A stretch of DNA of 63,616 nucleotides, filler included, from Nemertoderma westbladi (GCA_032718475.1; 4 parts of 4 records of this genome joined end to end with filler, not necessarily neighbours in it); one strand, 5' to 3'; shown: positions 12,416 through 24,272, counted from the whole stretch's first letter. A program made the numbers and translations. The notes: generated from the letters alone by a model not told the origin.

Positions 12416-12700
12416 AATTAAGACATGCAATGCTCTGCAATCCTCCTGCAATGCTCTATTTAGTTGGCTGGTGTAAAGTGCAAACACACTTCAAATTTAC
12501 AGTAGAGTATTAATATTATGCATAATATACAGTAGTTATGAGCAAAAAGTATTGGCTAGCTCAGTTTTTTCCATGAATGAGTCGAGTCGAGCTAACCTTT
12601 TCAATTTGTGCATCAATTCAGAAAAATTATCACTCCACTGTAACTTTGGAAGTATAACACAGTACTTTACACCAACCGGTTGAAGGAGCATGTCTCAATT
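12416..12700. mobile_element. Degenerate MITE with imperfect inverted arms
   Basis: AGACATGC..GGTGTAAAGT..TTACAGTAGAGT pairs with ACTCCACTGTAA..ACTTTACACC..GCATGTCT. Confidence 0.45.
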
Positions 12701-12708
12701 CTCTAAAG

Positions 12709-14102
12709 TTAACCCAATTAAACCCGGGTGGGGTCAATATGACCCCCCCCCCCCCCCCCCCCCGTGGGTTTTTTATTATAATTCCGAATCAAACGCAGTT
12801 GGGAATCTGAAAGTTTATGACTTTTCCTAAAAATCTATTGTCTTCCTAGTAGTGAAGACCGTTTTCAAAAATATTGGGTAGTTTTCGAGTTATAGTACCA
12901 TTTTTTAACCCTACTTATGGCACTTTTTTTTGAGACGTTTTTTGAAAATTACATTTCATTAAATATTAATTGTAACATCTCTATTTTTGATTTACACAGG
13001 TTTTTTGGTGTTCGCAATTTGATGGAATTCATATAAATTGATATTGATTTAGAAATTTCAAACTTGTTTTTTTCGGCGGGTGCCAAATTTTGGTGCCAGC
13101 ACCAAATTTTAAAATACTGTATGTCAATTTTGTAAATTGATTGAAACTTGTTTTTTACGCAATTTGGGTTTTTTGGGGTTCTGGTTTCGATGAAATACAT
13201 ACGAGTTGCACCAAGCGTATCAAACTTGTATTTTTCGGTGCTGTGTGCAAATTTTGGTGCTAGCACGAAATTTTGAAAATCCATTCAATAGATAAAATTG
13301 CTTGTGACAATTTATTTCTTGTATTTTAGAGGTTTATGGCTGTTCTGAATTCAATGGAATATATAATTATCGAACTAGACATCTCAAACTTGTATTTTTC
13401 GGAAGTGGGTGCAAAATGTGTTGCTAGCACCAAATTTTGAAAACCATCAAATATACCAATTGATTGTGTCACCTTGTTTCTTGGGTTTGTTAGGGTTCTG
13501 AATTCAATTGAATCAGTAAAAATTTCATAAGAATTTTCAAACTTGTATTTTTCGCCGGTGGGTGAAAAATGTTGTGCCAGCATCAAATTTTGGAAAATGA
13601 GTAAATTGATCAGTAGATAGTATCCTATTTTTTCTTGCGTTATACGGGTTTATGAGGGTCCTGAATCCGATGGAATCAATAAAAACAGCACTGGGAATCG
13701 CAAACCTGTACTTTTTGGTGATGGGTACGAAATTTGGTGCTAGCATCAAAATTTGCCAAATTACGCCGAAAAATACAAGTAGCAATGATCTGGCATATTT
13801 GAAATGTATTCCATTAGAATCACCGCCCTAGAAAACCTGAAAATGTAAATTTATAGCATCGTATAAGTGAATTTAATAATTTTGTGTTCTAACTGAAAAG
13901 TGCTGGTTACTTGTTTTTTCCATTTTTTTCCCACGCAGAGAGGACTAAACAAAACAGCCATTTACGGTAATCATATCATTTTTAAATATTTTCCAATGTA
14001 TTTTGCGCCCCAGAAAACCTGTATTGAAAAACAATTAGCCGAAAAATGTAACTTTCAAATTTTGTGAAAATTGTGCACTACTTGTAATTTTGGTGCTGCA
14101 AT
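12709..14102 (+). mobile_element. piggyBac-like non-autonomous element with ~160-bp internal tandem units, interrupted by BEL copy 2
   Basis: Starts TTAA|CCC with a GGGGTCAATATGACCCC subterminal hairpin. Five CAAAC(T/C)TGT units occur at ~13058, 13221, 13385, 13538 and 13701. Confidence 0.65.
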
Positions 14103-14763
14103 TGTGACGGGATCAGAGATCCCGACCGGGTTAGAAATGTACGCGTCACTGTTCTGCTGGGGGATCGTGCTTGTAACTTTGGCCGAGGCTGTTGGGGAAA
14201 AACAATAAGAGTTTCTGTTGTCTCTCAATATTGATTAACACAGACGATAGTAGCACGTCGGTAGATAATAAGCAGAAAATACAGATTAATTGTTACCGGT
14301 ATGGTGGTGGCGGTCATTAACTATGACCGGTCTGCACTGACTGAACTGAATAACACAACTGACCGGTAAATCAGTGATGTAAGATAATATATGATTAACA
14401 CACATGAATATTGGTTATACCTCCTACCATACTTTGGCCCTCTACCCAATGGATGCTTTTATGTTCCTAACCACGTGCTTCCCTCCCCACTATTGGCTAA
14501 TATACTAATTGTCACTTTGGCACTCCCTGGGAGTGTTTCCCCCCCGCTGCTAGCCTCTACTAGCTGTATTCCCTCCGAGGTGGTTTGACCTCTCACCATT
14601 CTCTGTGGCTTTGGGGCTTGTGTCGCCACCCCCCCCCCCCCCCCCCCAAATGTTGGTTATGAGACGAGATTAATATTGGTAATCACGTATCCCCAACATA
14701 TTGCTAAAATGCTACTGGCCCCATTTTCTGGTGGGTAATGAAGTGGAATTGAATCCGCTTACA
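14103..14763 (-). repeat. 3' LTR of BEL copy 2 (661 bp)
   Basis: The reverse complement reads TGTAAGCGGATTCAATTCC...GATCCCGTCACA. Confidence 0.88.
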
Positions 14764-15465
14764 CTCCCCCCATGCTATCTTCCCGGTGAGAAGATAGCAT
14801 CAACCATAAAAGCGCTTCAATTCCGCTGGAACCCAATCTAATATCGGGTGTGGGGTGGAGTTCTTTTCTTGGGGTCAGCTTTCCAGGCCGCCCCCCCTGG
14901 GTATGATATTACTACCCCTCCTTGGTGCAATCGCGAGCTATGTTGCACCAAGGCATCTGGCGTCTCTACAGTCGTGCTTTCTCTTCACACAATTTTCTAG
15001 AACCTCTCTTACTCTCGGACCTCTTTGTCCCTCACTCTCCCTCTCGCAGACCTCGTCGTCCCTTACTTTCTCTCTTACTGTTTGCCCCCCACACGCTCCC
15101 CCGGAATTGCACATTTCTCACCTCCACACATGTCAGCACCTCCCCTCCACACTTCTCTCGTACTCAACCCATCTCTGTTCCCACTCTCGTTTCTTTCATT
15201 GGGTCCCACGCATGTGTGCACCATGCTAGTAAGATCCGTCTAAAGTCTCGTCCGATTGTAGTCAAGTGGTCACCAATCCCAGTAGCTAATTGGAAAAGGA
15301 AGTGTATGACTATAGTACTTACTTTGGTTATATTTATTGTAATTATATTGATTATTTACATACGTACATACTAATTGCACTTAGTTATATTTTGCACTTA
15401 GGAGTTCGCATATATACTCCCAAATGTGGTGCCTTCCAGGCATGCCCACATCTCCCCTCTGAGTC

Positions 15466-18023
15466 CTAGTTCGCTCCTCCCATCTTCGGGAACCATCTTA
15501 GTTCTTTTCCCCTGTCATCGTCTTGTCTGGGCCGCTTCCTTCCCTCTGGCTTGTCCTCCCTGAGACTCCTCATTCTCGCCATTACTGCCTTGCTAATTCC
15601 CGTGGTCGATTCTTTGGACGCTGGTGTTATCAACTCCTGGTAACGCTTTGCAGGTGGCCCCTCCGAGTGCCCCTCCTGCTTCCCCCTGGTAGCGTCCCAC
15701 AAGATCTTTTTCATCGTTTGCGGCATGTGCTCCATCAGAAAATCCCTAAACTCTCCTCTGTTTTCTGGTGTCCATGTATCCAAATACCTCTGCGTGTTGA
15801 TGACTCCTCCATACGATGCCGCTGTCGCTACCTCCTGGTATGTGAATGACAGTCTCCTCTTAATAATCTCCAGATGGGCTTCCTGATTGATGTTGAAGAA
15901 ACCCCACCAGAACTCATGGGCCTTCATCCTCTGTCGCATCATAACGCCGACGTCGGCCCACTCCTCGAAGATCTTAAACTTCTCCTCATCGTCCATCCAG
16001 TCGCACTGGCGCCCATAGGGCCCTCGGAAGTTACACTTTGAGCAGCGGTTGTGCAGCCTCGGACATGCTCCCATCCTATGGCTCGACTCGAGGCAGTAGA
16101 GGCAACTCATCCCCTTTTGAAATCGATACAAACAGCTCTTTTCCTGGTGAGTCAGCCTCCCGCAGTAATCACAGCCGTGTATCAATGCATCCCGCCCCAA
16201 GTAGTCTTTTGCCCAGAGCAATCTCCTAGGTCTGTGGAGCCGTTGGTAGGCAAAATTCTGGACATTAACGTCTCTATCCATATCCATGTCCTCCTCCCGC
16301 CTTGGCATTGTCTCCCCAAACACTACCCATGGTGCCGTTCCCAGCTGCTCTCCCAACCTGATGATGCTCCCCGCGAAATCCATCGCCGGCTCCTCGTGCA
16401 CCCAGGTCCGCTTGCCAGGTTTATCCCAGAAGGCCCTCGCCCCGCTGGCCGTCACCACCCTCCCGCCCACCCAGTCCGTATCTGAGTGGCCGATCCTCTC
16501 GATGGGCGGCATCTCGTCGAACTTGTCGTCATCTTCCTCCCTCGCCGGGAGTGCATCCAGACCCGGTATCCCGGTAGACCCACTGTGCCCCTTTCCGCCT
16601 TGGCTTCCGCCCATAACTCTCCACCCTTCCTGTTCCCTTGGTCTCTTTCTTTGAAATTGCCTTCAGAGCCCACTGGCATGGGCATCACTTGCAATCCCGA
16701 TGTCGACTGTTTCGGCGATTCTTCCGTCCATCCTAGCTCCTCCCCCAGAAACTCGCCCGAGCTCCCTGATCCCCACCTCAGCTCGTCCAAGTTCTGGGCC
16801 TCGAATCCGTAATCCTATCCCCTAATCTCCGCCTCTCTCTCATCTGCCTCCCTCCTTTCTCACCTGGCGACTTTTTCCAGTCGCTTCTCCTCAAGTCTAT
16901 CTGCTTCCAGCTTCTCCCATCTCTTGTATGGTGTATCCACCTCTCTGTCTACTAGGTGCCGGCTGTTGTAGTACACTAACTCGCCCTTCAGCCCCGGGTG
17001 GTCTGTCAGACCTTCGAAGGCCACCTTAAAGGCTCTTCTGTAGTTTAGAGGTGCTCCTGATAGCAGAAACGCCGTCGGCTCTCTTCCGATAACCACGGCC
17101 ATGAATAGGTTTAGTAAACCTATCATTATCCAGTCCTCCTGTAGGATATATCTCTTCTGATATATCTTTATCGCTCCTCTTCGAAACTGATACACCTCCT
17201 GTTTCCCTGGCCTCGCTCCCCACTTCAGCGAGTTCGCCAGCTCCGCTCCATACTCCTCCTGGAACATACCCCAGTCCATCGGCTTGTGGCAGACGAGCCC
17301 CATGAGCTGACCCATCGCCACTGCTCCGCAATGTCCTGTGTTCTCTACCAATCCCAACCCGTCTGGCCCTGTCATGGCCATATAGACTGCTTGCATGTCC
17401 AGGAGGTTGGGGGTCTCTGGTCTGACGATCCTCTCCGCATCATCGCGGATCGCCGATCCCACCTTCATTGTTGTCTTCTCTCTTAATAGGTATTGCACCG
17501 CCCTTGGCAACCGGTTTAACTTTGGCCCGCTCTTCTTCATCTAAGTTCCTAGATCGAATAGGAATATGTCTCCATTTGGCGCAGCCAAATGCAGTAGTAT
17601 GGTTCTAGCCGATCCCGCCGACCCTCTTTTCGAACCCTCGTCGTCCTCCACAGTCCCCTTGTCATCCAGTACCATGTATCCGCATGTAGGTGGTTCCCTC
17701 GGATATTTTGGTATCCCGAACTTTGCTTCATCCCCTTTCACTACGTAGCGAAAATGCTCGAGGGTCGCGTTGTCCAGTGACAATGTCCCGTAGGTCCCGA
17801 CCAGTCACCTCTCGTGCATATCCCTGACGTGGTCCTGCAGCGCTCGCGCTTTGTGACCCTTCGCTAGCGGCTTGTAGTATCCCCTTGTCTTCTCTTCCGG
17901 ATGCCTTTGTGTGAAGTCCACTAGTATCTCCTTTCCACTCCTCTCCGTCTTTCTCCTCTTAACTAGTCTCTCCGCCATTACGAACTTCCTCACTCGCTTA
18001 CCTGCTTGGTGGTGCCTTGCCAC
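15466..18023 (-). pseudogene. Extra (env-position) ORF: DEDDy/WRN-EXD-like 3'-5' exonuclease plus three CCHC-type zinc knuckles, disrupted
   Basis: ORFs 17805-18023, 17541-17783, 16860-17540 and 16452-16790 share one frame separated by isolated stops, then a frameshift leads into 15466-16614. Exonuclease-like motifs: YMVLDDKG, ILLHLAAPNGDIFLFDL, LPRAVQYLLREKTTMKVGSAIRDDAERI, LLDMQ, KW, QKRYILQEDW. Knuckles: CDYCGRLTHQEKSC, CLYCLESSHRMGAC, CSKCNFRGPYGRQC. Confidence 0.7.
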
Positions 18024-18516
18024 GGCTCAAGTAGAGGAGTGACGTTTAGTAAGATGGTCTGTACTAGTTCAGTAATGGCCTATCTCTCTCAAATGCTAAA
18101 TTTTGTACTATATTTTTCCTATACGTCCCCAAAGTGCCAATTTTTTCTAAATTTCCTAAATCTGTCAGTTACTTTTATTATGTTCTAGAATCTTTTACTT
18201 ACTGTTACCATAATTTGTCAGATTTTTACTTCAAATAATATCTTATTTCCTACTAGTGTGCTATTATCACTTATGGTGGGTTATTTTACTTAGATAACCC
18301 CTGTGGTTTGTATAACGGGAAAACTAGCTACTCTCTGCTGTGCTAGCTTCATACCAGGCAACTTCCTGGCCCTGTAACAAACACCCTAAACTTACTCTAT
18401 GGGTTGTGCAGTACAGTAGTCTGTCTCGTGCGGCCTACACGGTCTATCCTGCTGTACCCACTTGCCCCCCCCCCCCCCTCTCTCTTCCGTGGCGCTCCCT
18501 ATGCCCACAACCTCTA

Positions 18517-19030
18517 CGGTACTACGTACCCTACTATTACTCTTATGGTATATTTATATACCATAACTCTCTACTCTCCCTTACTACTAACTTTTACTAA
18601 CTCTACTAACTCTAACTTCTACCAGCGGTACTACGTACCCTGCCACTACTCTCGTGGTATGTTAATATACCACACTCCCTAACTTCTATCTGCCTACTAA
18701 TGGTACTATGTACCCTACTACTCTCGTGGTACGTCAATGTACCACACTCCCTAACTTATATCTGCCTACTAACGGCACTATGTACCCTACTACTCTCGTG
18801 GTACGTCAATGTACCATACTCCCTAACTTCTATCTGCCTACTAATGGTACTATGTACCCTACTACTCTCGTGGTACGTCAATGTACCACACTCCCTAACT
18901 TATATCTGCCTACTAACGGTACTATGTACCCTACTACTCTCGTGGTACATCAATGTACCACACTCCCTAACTTCTATCTACCTACTAACGGTACCCTAAC
19001 ACTGCTACTATGGTATACCTACATACCATA
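18517..19030. repeat. 72-bp tandem repeat containing small hairpins
   Basis: Units start at 18701, 18773, 18845, 18917 and 18989 (partial), with degenerate units at ~18517 and ~18626. Confidence 0.9.
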
Positions 19031-19199
19031 CCCTCTACTCTCTTATTACGTGGCGCTTTCGGTGCCCACAACCCCTAACTCTCTCGGTACTACGTACTAC
19101 GTACTATCTACTACTATTACTTTCTAACTTTCTACTATCTCACTTCTTTATTTTATTATTTTTGCTTATTTGTGTGGGAAGGGCGTCTCGCCCTCATTC

Positions 19200-19358
19200 C
19201 CACCCCCCTCAGTCCAACATTTTGGATGACTAAACTCTAAGGTGCCCCTTCCAATAGGCAGCACTTTCCTCCTCACAGCCCTCCTGTAGGTCTTCCTATC
19301 TTTGGCTCCTATCTTTCCTCCAATTCTCACTTCTAGGGATCTGACTCTTCCATCTTCG

Positions 19359-19389
<31 letters not shown>

Positions 19390-19560
19390 TTCAGTCCTAC
19401 TTATTGGGCGACTCAACAACCTAAGGGTGATTCTTCCAGCAGGCAACTCTCCCACTGCCCCCCTGTAGGTCCTCTAATTCTTCGCCCCACTCTCCTTGTC
19501 AATTCCAACTCTCTTGGAACTGACCCTCCCTTCTCTTCCATCCTTAAATCGGGTCTTTCT
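19200..19560 (-). pseudogene. Two tandem degenerate copies of the BEL integrase C-terminal tail, each followed by a G-run
   Basis: Manual translation gives GEDGRVRSLEVRIG..TYRRAV..CLLEGAP* and DGREGRVSS..RTYRG..CLLEESP. Compare DRVFRTVSVKT..RPVQQLVLLEES in ORF 56982-57458. Confidence 0.65.
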
Positions 19561-20061
19561 GTTATGTCACTGGTCTACTTGTGGTCGTCCCCTGGCGGCA
19601 AAGTGCCACCCTTCATCTTGTCATTTGGCGGTAGAATGCCGCCCCTCATGCCATCCTTACTGGTACATGCTACCTCTGTCTGCCTCCCCCTCAATATGTG
19701 CGCCGGCATTAAAGCCCTCGATGATCCCCGGTCATCCTTTGGTACATGTAATGGTTTACCATTAATGCCCCTTCGCACTCTGCCACCTCCTTATGCGTGT
19801 ACAACACGCCCTCTCCCACTTTCCTGCTTCCTTTGTCAGGTTTCATCATGGGCTTCTCTGACCCTGGTCTAATCTTCCCACATCCTCTCCCTTTCCACCT
19901 TGTCTTCTTACTCGACCTCCCCCTTTTAGGTATGCCTCTCAACTGGACTGGCGTCTCCTCTGGACACTCCTCCGGACACTCCTCCGGACATCTCGCCATC
20001 CACTCTTCTCCACCCCCATACTGATACTTGCCAGGAACATCCTTGTTCCATCCCATCGCCT

Positions 20062-21268
20062 CTAGGTCTTCTGTGTCGAACCCATTCTCCTCCGCCCACT
20101 ACTCTCTTGGTCCTCAACAATGCCTGGCAACATGCACTCTGATGTCTCCGACATCCTGAATCGAATCTTGGTTTTGATTGGGCCGCTAAGCGTCCATCCG
20201 AACGGTGTGAGAACTGCCATTGGATCACGCTGCCTGTCCTCTCCAAAATTTGTTCGTACTCTCTCGTGGGCCGTCGGACAGTCCATTCCCACTATGATGG
20301 ATACCTTCCGGACGTCCACTTCCGGTATCGAGAAATCGATTTCGTCCAGGAATCTGTATTGCTCGACCTCGATGTTAGTTGGTCGCCTGGCATTTATGTT
20401 GATCGATTCTATTACCTGAATGGGGTCGATGGTCGCCCCATAGTCACATCCCGGTGCTATTGCTGATATCTCGCACCTTCCCGTCCTCATCTCCAGGACC
20501 TCATCCTTGCTGGAGATAGTAGTTACCGCCATCCTGCTCGGCCTCGTCTGTAACCTTATCTCCTCGGCCACCCAATTCTCCACCAATGTGAAGGCTGCTC
20601 CGCTGTCGACCAGCATCAACGTCGTAACTGATCGACCGCTTTCTCCCATCACCCTCACTGGTACCACCCCGAGTAGTACCGTTCCCCTTCTCTTCGCTCC
20701 TACGGTGCTTGTCGCCATCGTTTGGCCTTTGCCTTGACCGAATTTAATTGGTGTCTCTTTACATTGCTCAGCCTTGTGTCCGCCCGCCACACATCGATGA
20801 CAGATTCCACTTTTGTTCGCGTATTCTACCTGATCTTGTTTGGGTAACGCTTGCCAGTACTGCAGTTCATGGTCTGATGAAGTGCGTTCGAATGTAATTG
20901 GCATTTGTTTCTCGGATTATAGCCTTCCCTATACAGCGCGCTGCGTATCGCACGTATGTTCATACTTAGCTCTCTACTGTTCTTATTATTTGGGTTTGGC
21001 CTACTGGGCGTGTTGGGGTTATATTTATTTGTGTTGTTATTTTTCCCTGTCCATGCCATGGTGTGGCCCTACCCCCGGCTATCTGTGGACTAGCAGTCCC
21101 CTGTGTCGTCGCGTATGGTAGCGATTGTCTCAGCTTTGGTAATGCATTTGCCGCACTATGTTCTGGTTTCGGCCTGTTATATTCGGTCTTTGGCGCCCTC
21201 CCCAGACTATCCTCGCTGTAGACTGGGTCCGTGATCAACTCTGCTTCATAATTGAGGAAGTTCGACAT
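20062..21268 (-). pseudogene. BEL gag C-terminus and aspartic protease (frameshifted)
   Basis: CHRCVAGGHKAEQC knuckle, TLMLVDSGAAFTL protease, IIVGMDC and PMAVLTPFGWTLSGP are BEL-typical motifs. Confidence 0.88.
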
Positions 21269-21291
21269 TTCCTCTAGGCCCGGTTCCGCAC

Positions 21292-21391
21292 NNNNNNNNN
21301 NNNNNNNNNNNNNNNNNNNNNNNNNNNNNNNNNNNTTAATTAATTAANNNNNNNNNNNNNNNNNNNNNNNNNNNNNNNNNNNNNNNNNNNN
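21292..21391. other. Assembly gap with six-frame stop linker
   Basis: 100-bp N spacer containing TTAATTAATTAA. Confidence 0.97.
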
Positions 21392-21766
21392 AGTTTCCTT
21401 TCATCAAGCCAAAAAGTCAAAACTTCCATTTCGACGAACTCTAAAGATGAATCTACTGATGATATTCAACTTCTATCGCAATCCGAATAATAGGAGGTCT
21501 AAGGGTGTCAGCCATAGCACCTCAACGACATCGGCACCCTTAAACAACTCACACAACGTTAGTGATATTAGTTTTCTTATAGATAAATGCTTATTTAAAA
21601 TCACATCCTATTTTTGTAGTTCTTAAATATACACACCGGTTAGGATTTTTTTTATTTAATGTCATTCAATTCTTACAACTCAACTAACAGTCAATTACCT
21701 AAAAAACTTGACATAAATATATCAAACAATTTTAACAATGTAATTTATTTTTTCATAAAAGAAATA

Positions 21767-22039
21767 CAGATGTGGGGGGGGGGGGGGGTCCCTTTGACGA
21801 AATAAAATTAATCGCTCTCCAGGAGAAATTTACACAAATATCAGCTGATTATCAGCGTGATTACTTTCAAAAATAACAATGTTGGCCTAACCTGATCTAT
21901 TGGGTTCGTTGATTGTTTTGGATATAATAACGTGCCACTGTAACCTGCTCCTTATCCTTGATTAACATTGAGGCGGGATATTAATTCGCCGAGATACGGG
22001 ATTTGCGGTCAACCCCCCCCCCCCCCCCCCCCCCCTCTT
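21767..22039 (+). mobile_element. G/C-run MITE, copy 2
   Basis: CAGATGTGGGG...CCCCTCTT with the same internal core as 1296-1574. Confidence 0.7.
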
Positions 22040-23558
22040 AAAAAATTCCAAGAAAGCTCCTAGTCTAGTTTATTATATTTACGAGATGGGGATGGGAGAT
22101 CCCCACCTCTGGCGGGCCAATATCGTAGGATATTTATTGATATTTTCTATAATTTCAGAGACAACATCATTACGGACTTCGAGCAGCACCATGGAGTGCT
22201 AGATAACTACCACACTGATGTTTGAGATGCTGGAGCAGGGTTGCAACCTACACTAAAACCAAAAGCAACAGTCAACAACACGCAACAGTAACATAGGAAA
22301 TCACATAAAAAGAACCCAGGACAACAGCTGAAATTAATTAAATCTTAGATAACAGCTGAGTCTCTAACTGGTTATCAACAAACTATCACTATTAATTAAT
22401 TAATTAATATTTTAATTACGGTGACTCATTCAACATCTCTAGACTATATTATTAATTTATTTATAACATATTTAAATAACATACAGTATTTCATATACAT
22501 TTACTATTTACCGGTAAACATTTAAATTAAATTAAATATAATTTCAAACTTTTTTACTATTGAAATACGGCCACAACATACCTTTATTCGTCTAAGAAAA
22601 TCGTGGAGCGAAATTTCAAATTTTCGATTCATTTTCGTCAAATTTATAATATTTCGAAAAACGTCTAAATTCCAATTTTGGCTTCGCAGCCTTCCTAGAC
22701 GATCCATTCAGTTAAGTTGAGGCCGAATTTCGTAGAAAAATTGGAATTGCGAATTTTATTCCATTTTTATTAGTGGCAAGTCGAAATTTAATACTGAATA
22801 CTTCCTTTTCATGCGATGTGATGTTGATGCAGATATTGGAATAATAGCGAATATCTCGCGAACTAATGACGATAATTAAGGACAGTAACCATGTCACACA
22901 CCCAGGCTAGAGCGATAGTTGTGATTCAGATGGGCTAATTTCTTGCTCAATTCGAATTCAGGCAGTTCCCCATGTTCGTGAATAATTCAGTTTTCTAATT
23001 GGAAAATTCCGAATTTGCCTAATTTGGTGCCGACAATAAACGTTTTGGACATTTTTAGATTTTTTATCAAAATAAGAAGGATTCATGATGCTAAAACATT
23101 TTGTTACACAACTGCTTTTTATTCTTGGAAATATTTCGCCCTACCCCGCCCAGCTCCCTCAATGAACATTTTAATTGATTGATTATTTGCATTTTTGAAT
23201 AAAATTACATATTTCTTGCGAAATCTAGCAACTAATTTACAGTTCTTGTATTGGTACAGTAGAAAAGAAATGTATTCTCAGCGACTATCCCATAATATTA
23301 ATTAAAAATCGAATTGGAATTGTTTAATCATTGTTAGTATTATTATTCTTAATCAATTCTTCAATGTATAACAATGTAATGAATATATTAATTTAATCAT
23401 ATTGATTATATTATTATTAATATACTAGTATTATAATACAGATTAAATTAATTGCCCTTTATTATCAGTAGTATTAAATTATTTGTGTTTTGTAGATAAT
23501 AAATTTCGCGTTTTATACTAATAAATGGTGCTGTGATGGTAGAAAGATTCCTTTCCAT

Positions 23559-24272
23559 GGATAGTTCTTTTTACAGAACACAGCAGAACACAGTAGAACA
23601 CAGCAGAACACAATAGAATACAGGCGGAACATAGGCGAACACAGCTGTAATTAAAATCTACACCAAAAAATAACACACTTGGGAAAGTACCGGACTTAAT
23701 CATACAACTGTAAGATGTCAATTACATATTTAAATTAAATGGCGGTTTTCCATATCCTCCAAAATAAATTACCTGATCAGAGTTGCCCGATCAGCTGTTC
23801 GGTTAGGCCTGTACCTGTTACTAGTCCAGCAGTCTGCCTGTCAGCCTGTTCCAGTACTGCAGTAGGCCTAGTGCTGTAGAGACATGTACAGACTGACAGA
23901 CTGTACATTGTACAGACAGACAGATGTAGGCATTTACCGGCAATTACCGGGCACAGTGTAGAGTATATTACCAATGTACTGATGTAGGCCTACTCAGCTA
24001 CCGGTACTGTACTGCTGTAGAACTAACCAACTCTCCATGGTTACAGGATAATGAGAAGTAATTTATTTTGGAGGATATGGAAAACCGCCATTTAATTTAA
24101 ATATGTAATTGACATCTTACAGTTGTATGATTAAGTCCCGTACTTTCCCAAGTGTGTTATTTTTTGGTGTAGATTTTAATTACAGCTGTGTTCGCCTATG
24201 TTCCGCCTGTATTCTATTGTGTTCTGCTGTGTTCTACTGTGTTCTGCTGTGTTCTGTAAAAAGATATATCCC
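23559..24272. mobile_element. MULE-like MITE with ~210-bp TIRs
   Basis: 23559-23772 is a near-perfect reverse complement of 24058-24271, producing mirror ORF translations. GG..CC ends with a ~9-bp TSD CCTTTCCAT/CTTTTCCAT. Confidence 0.85.

Larger units (their letters stand above)
14103..21291 (-). mobile_element. BEL/Pao LTR retrotransposon copy 2 (gag-protease, integrase-tail remnants, cargo ORF, 3' LTR); 5' part lost in the assembly gap
   Basis: 3' LTR at 14103-14763 and PPT at 14764-14771. Gag and protease are highly similar to copy 1. Confidence 0.9.

Noticed and set aside
14855-15374. ORFs with a hydrophobic tail as a possible env
   Set aside because: They are antisense to the element, the hydrophobic end comes from an AT-rich tract, and they are not conserved as an ORF in copy 1.
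18700-19127. Repetitive ORFs (MYPTTLVVRQCTT.., LCTLLLSWYVNVPH..)
   Set aside because: They are by-products of a 72-bp repeat, antisense to the element, with no domain signal.
21336-21347. TTAATTAATTAA motif recurring three times
   Set aside because: It always lies in the middle of 100-bp N spacers, so it is an artificial stop linker. Adjacency across these gaps is not trusted.
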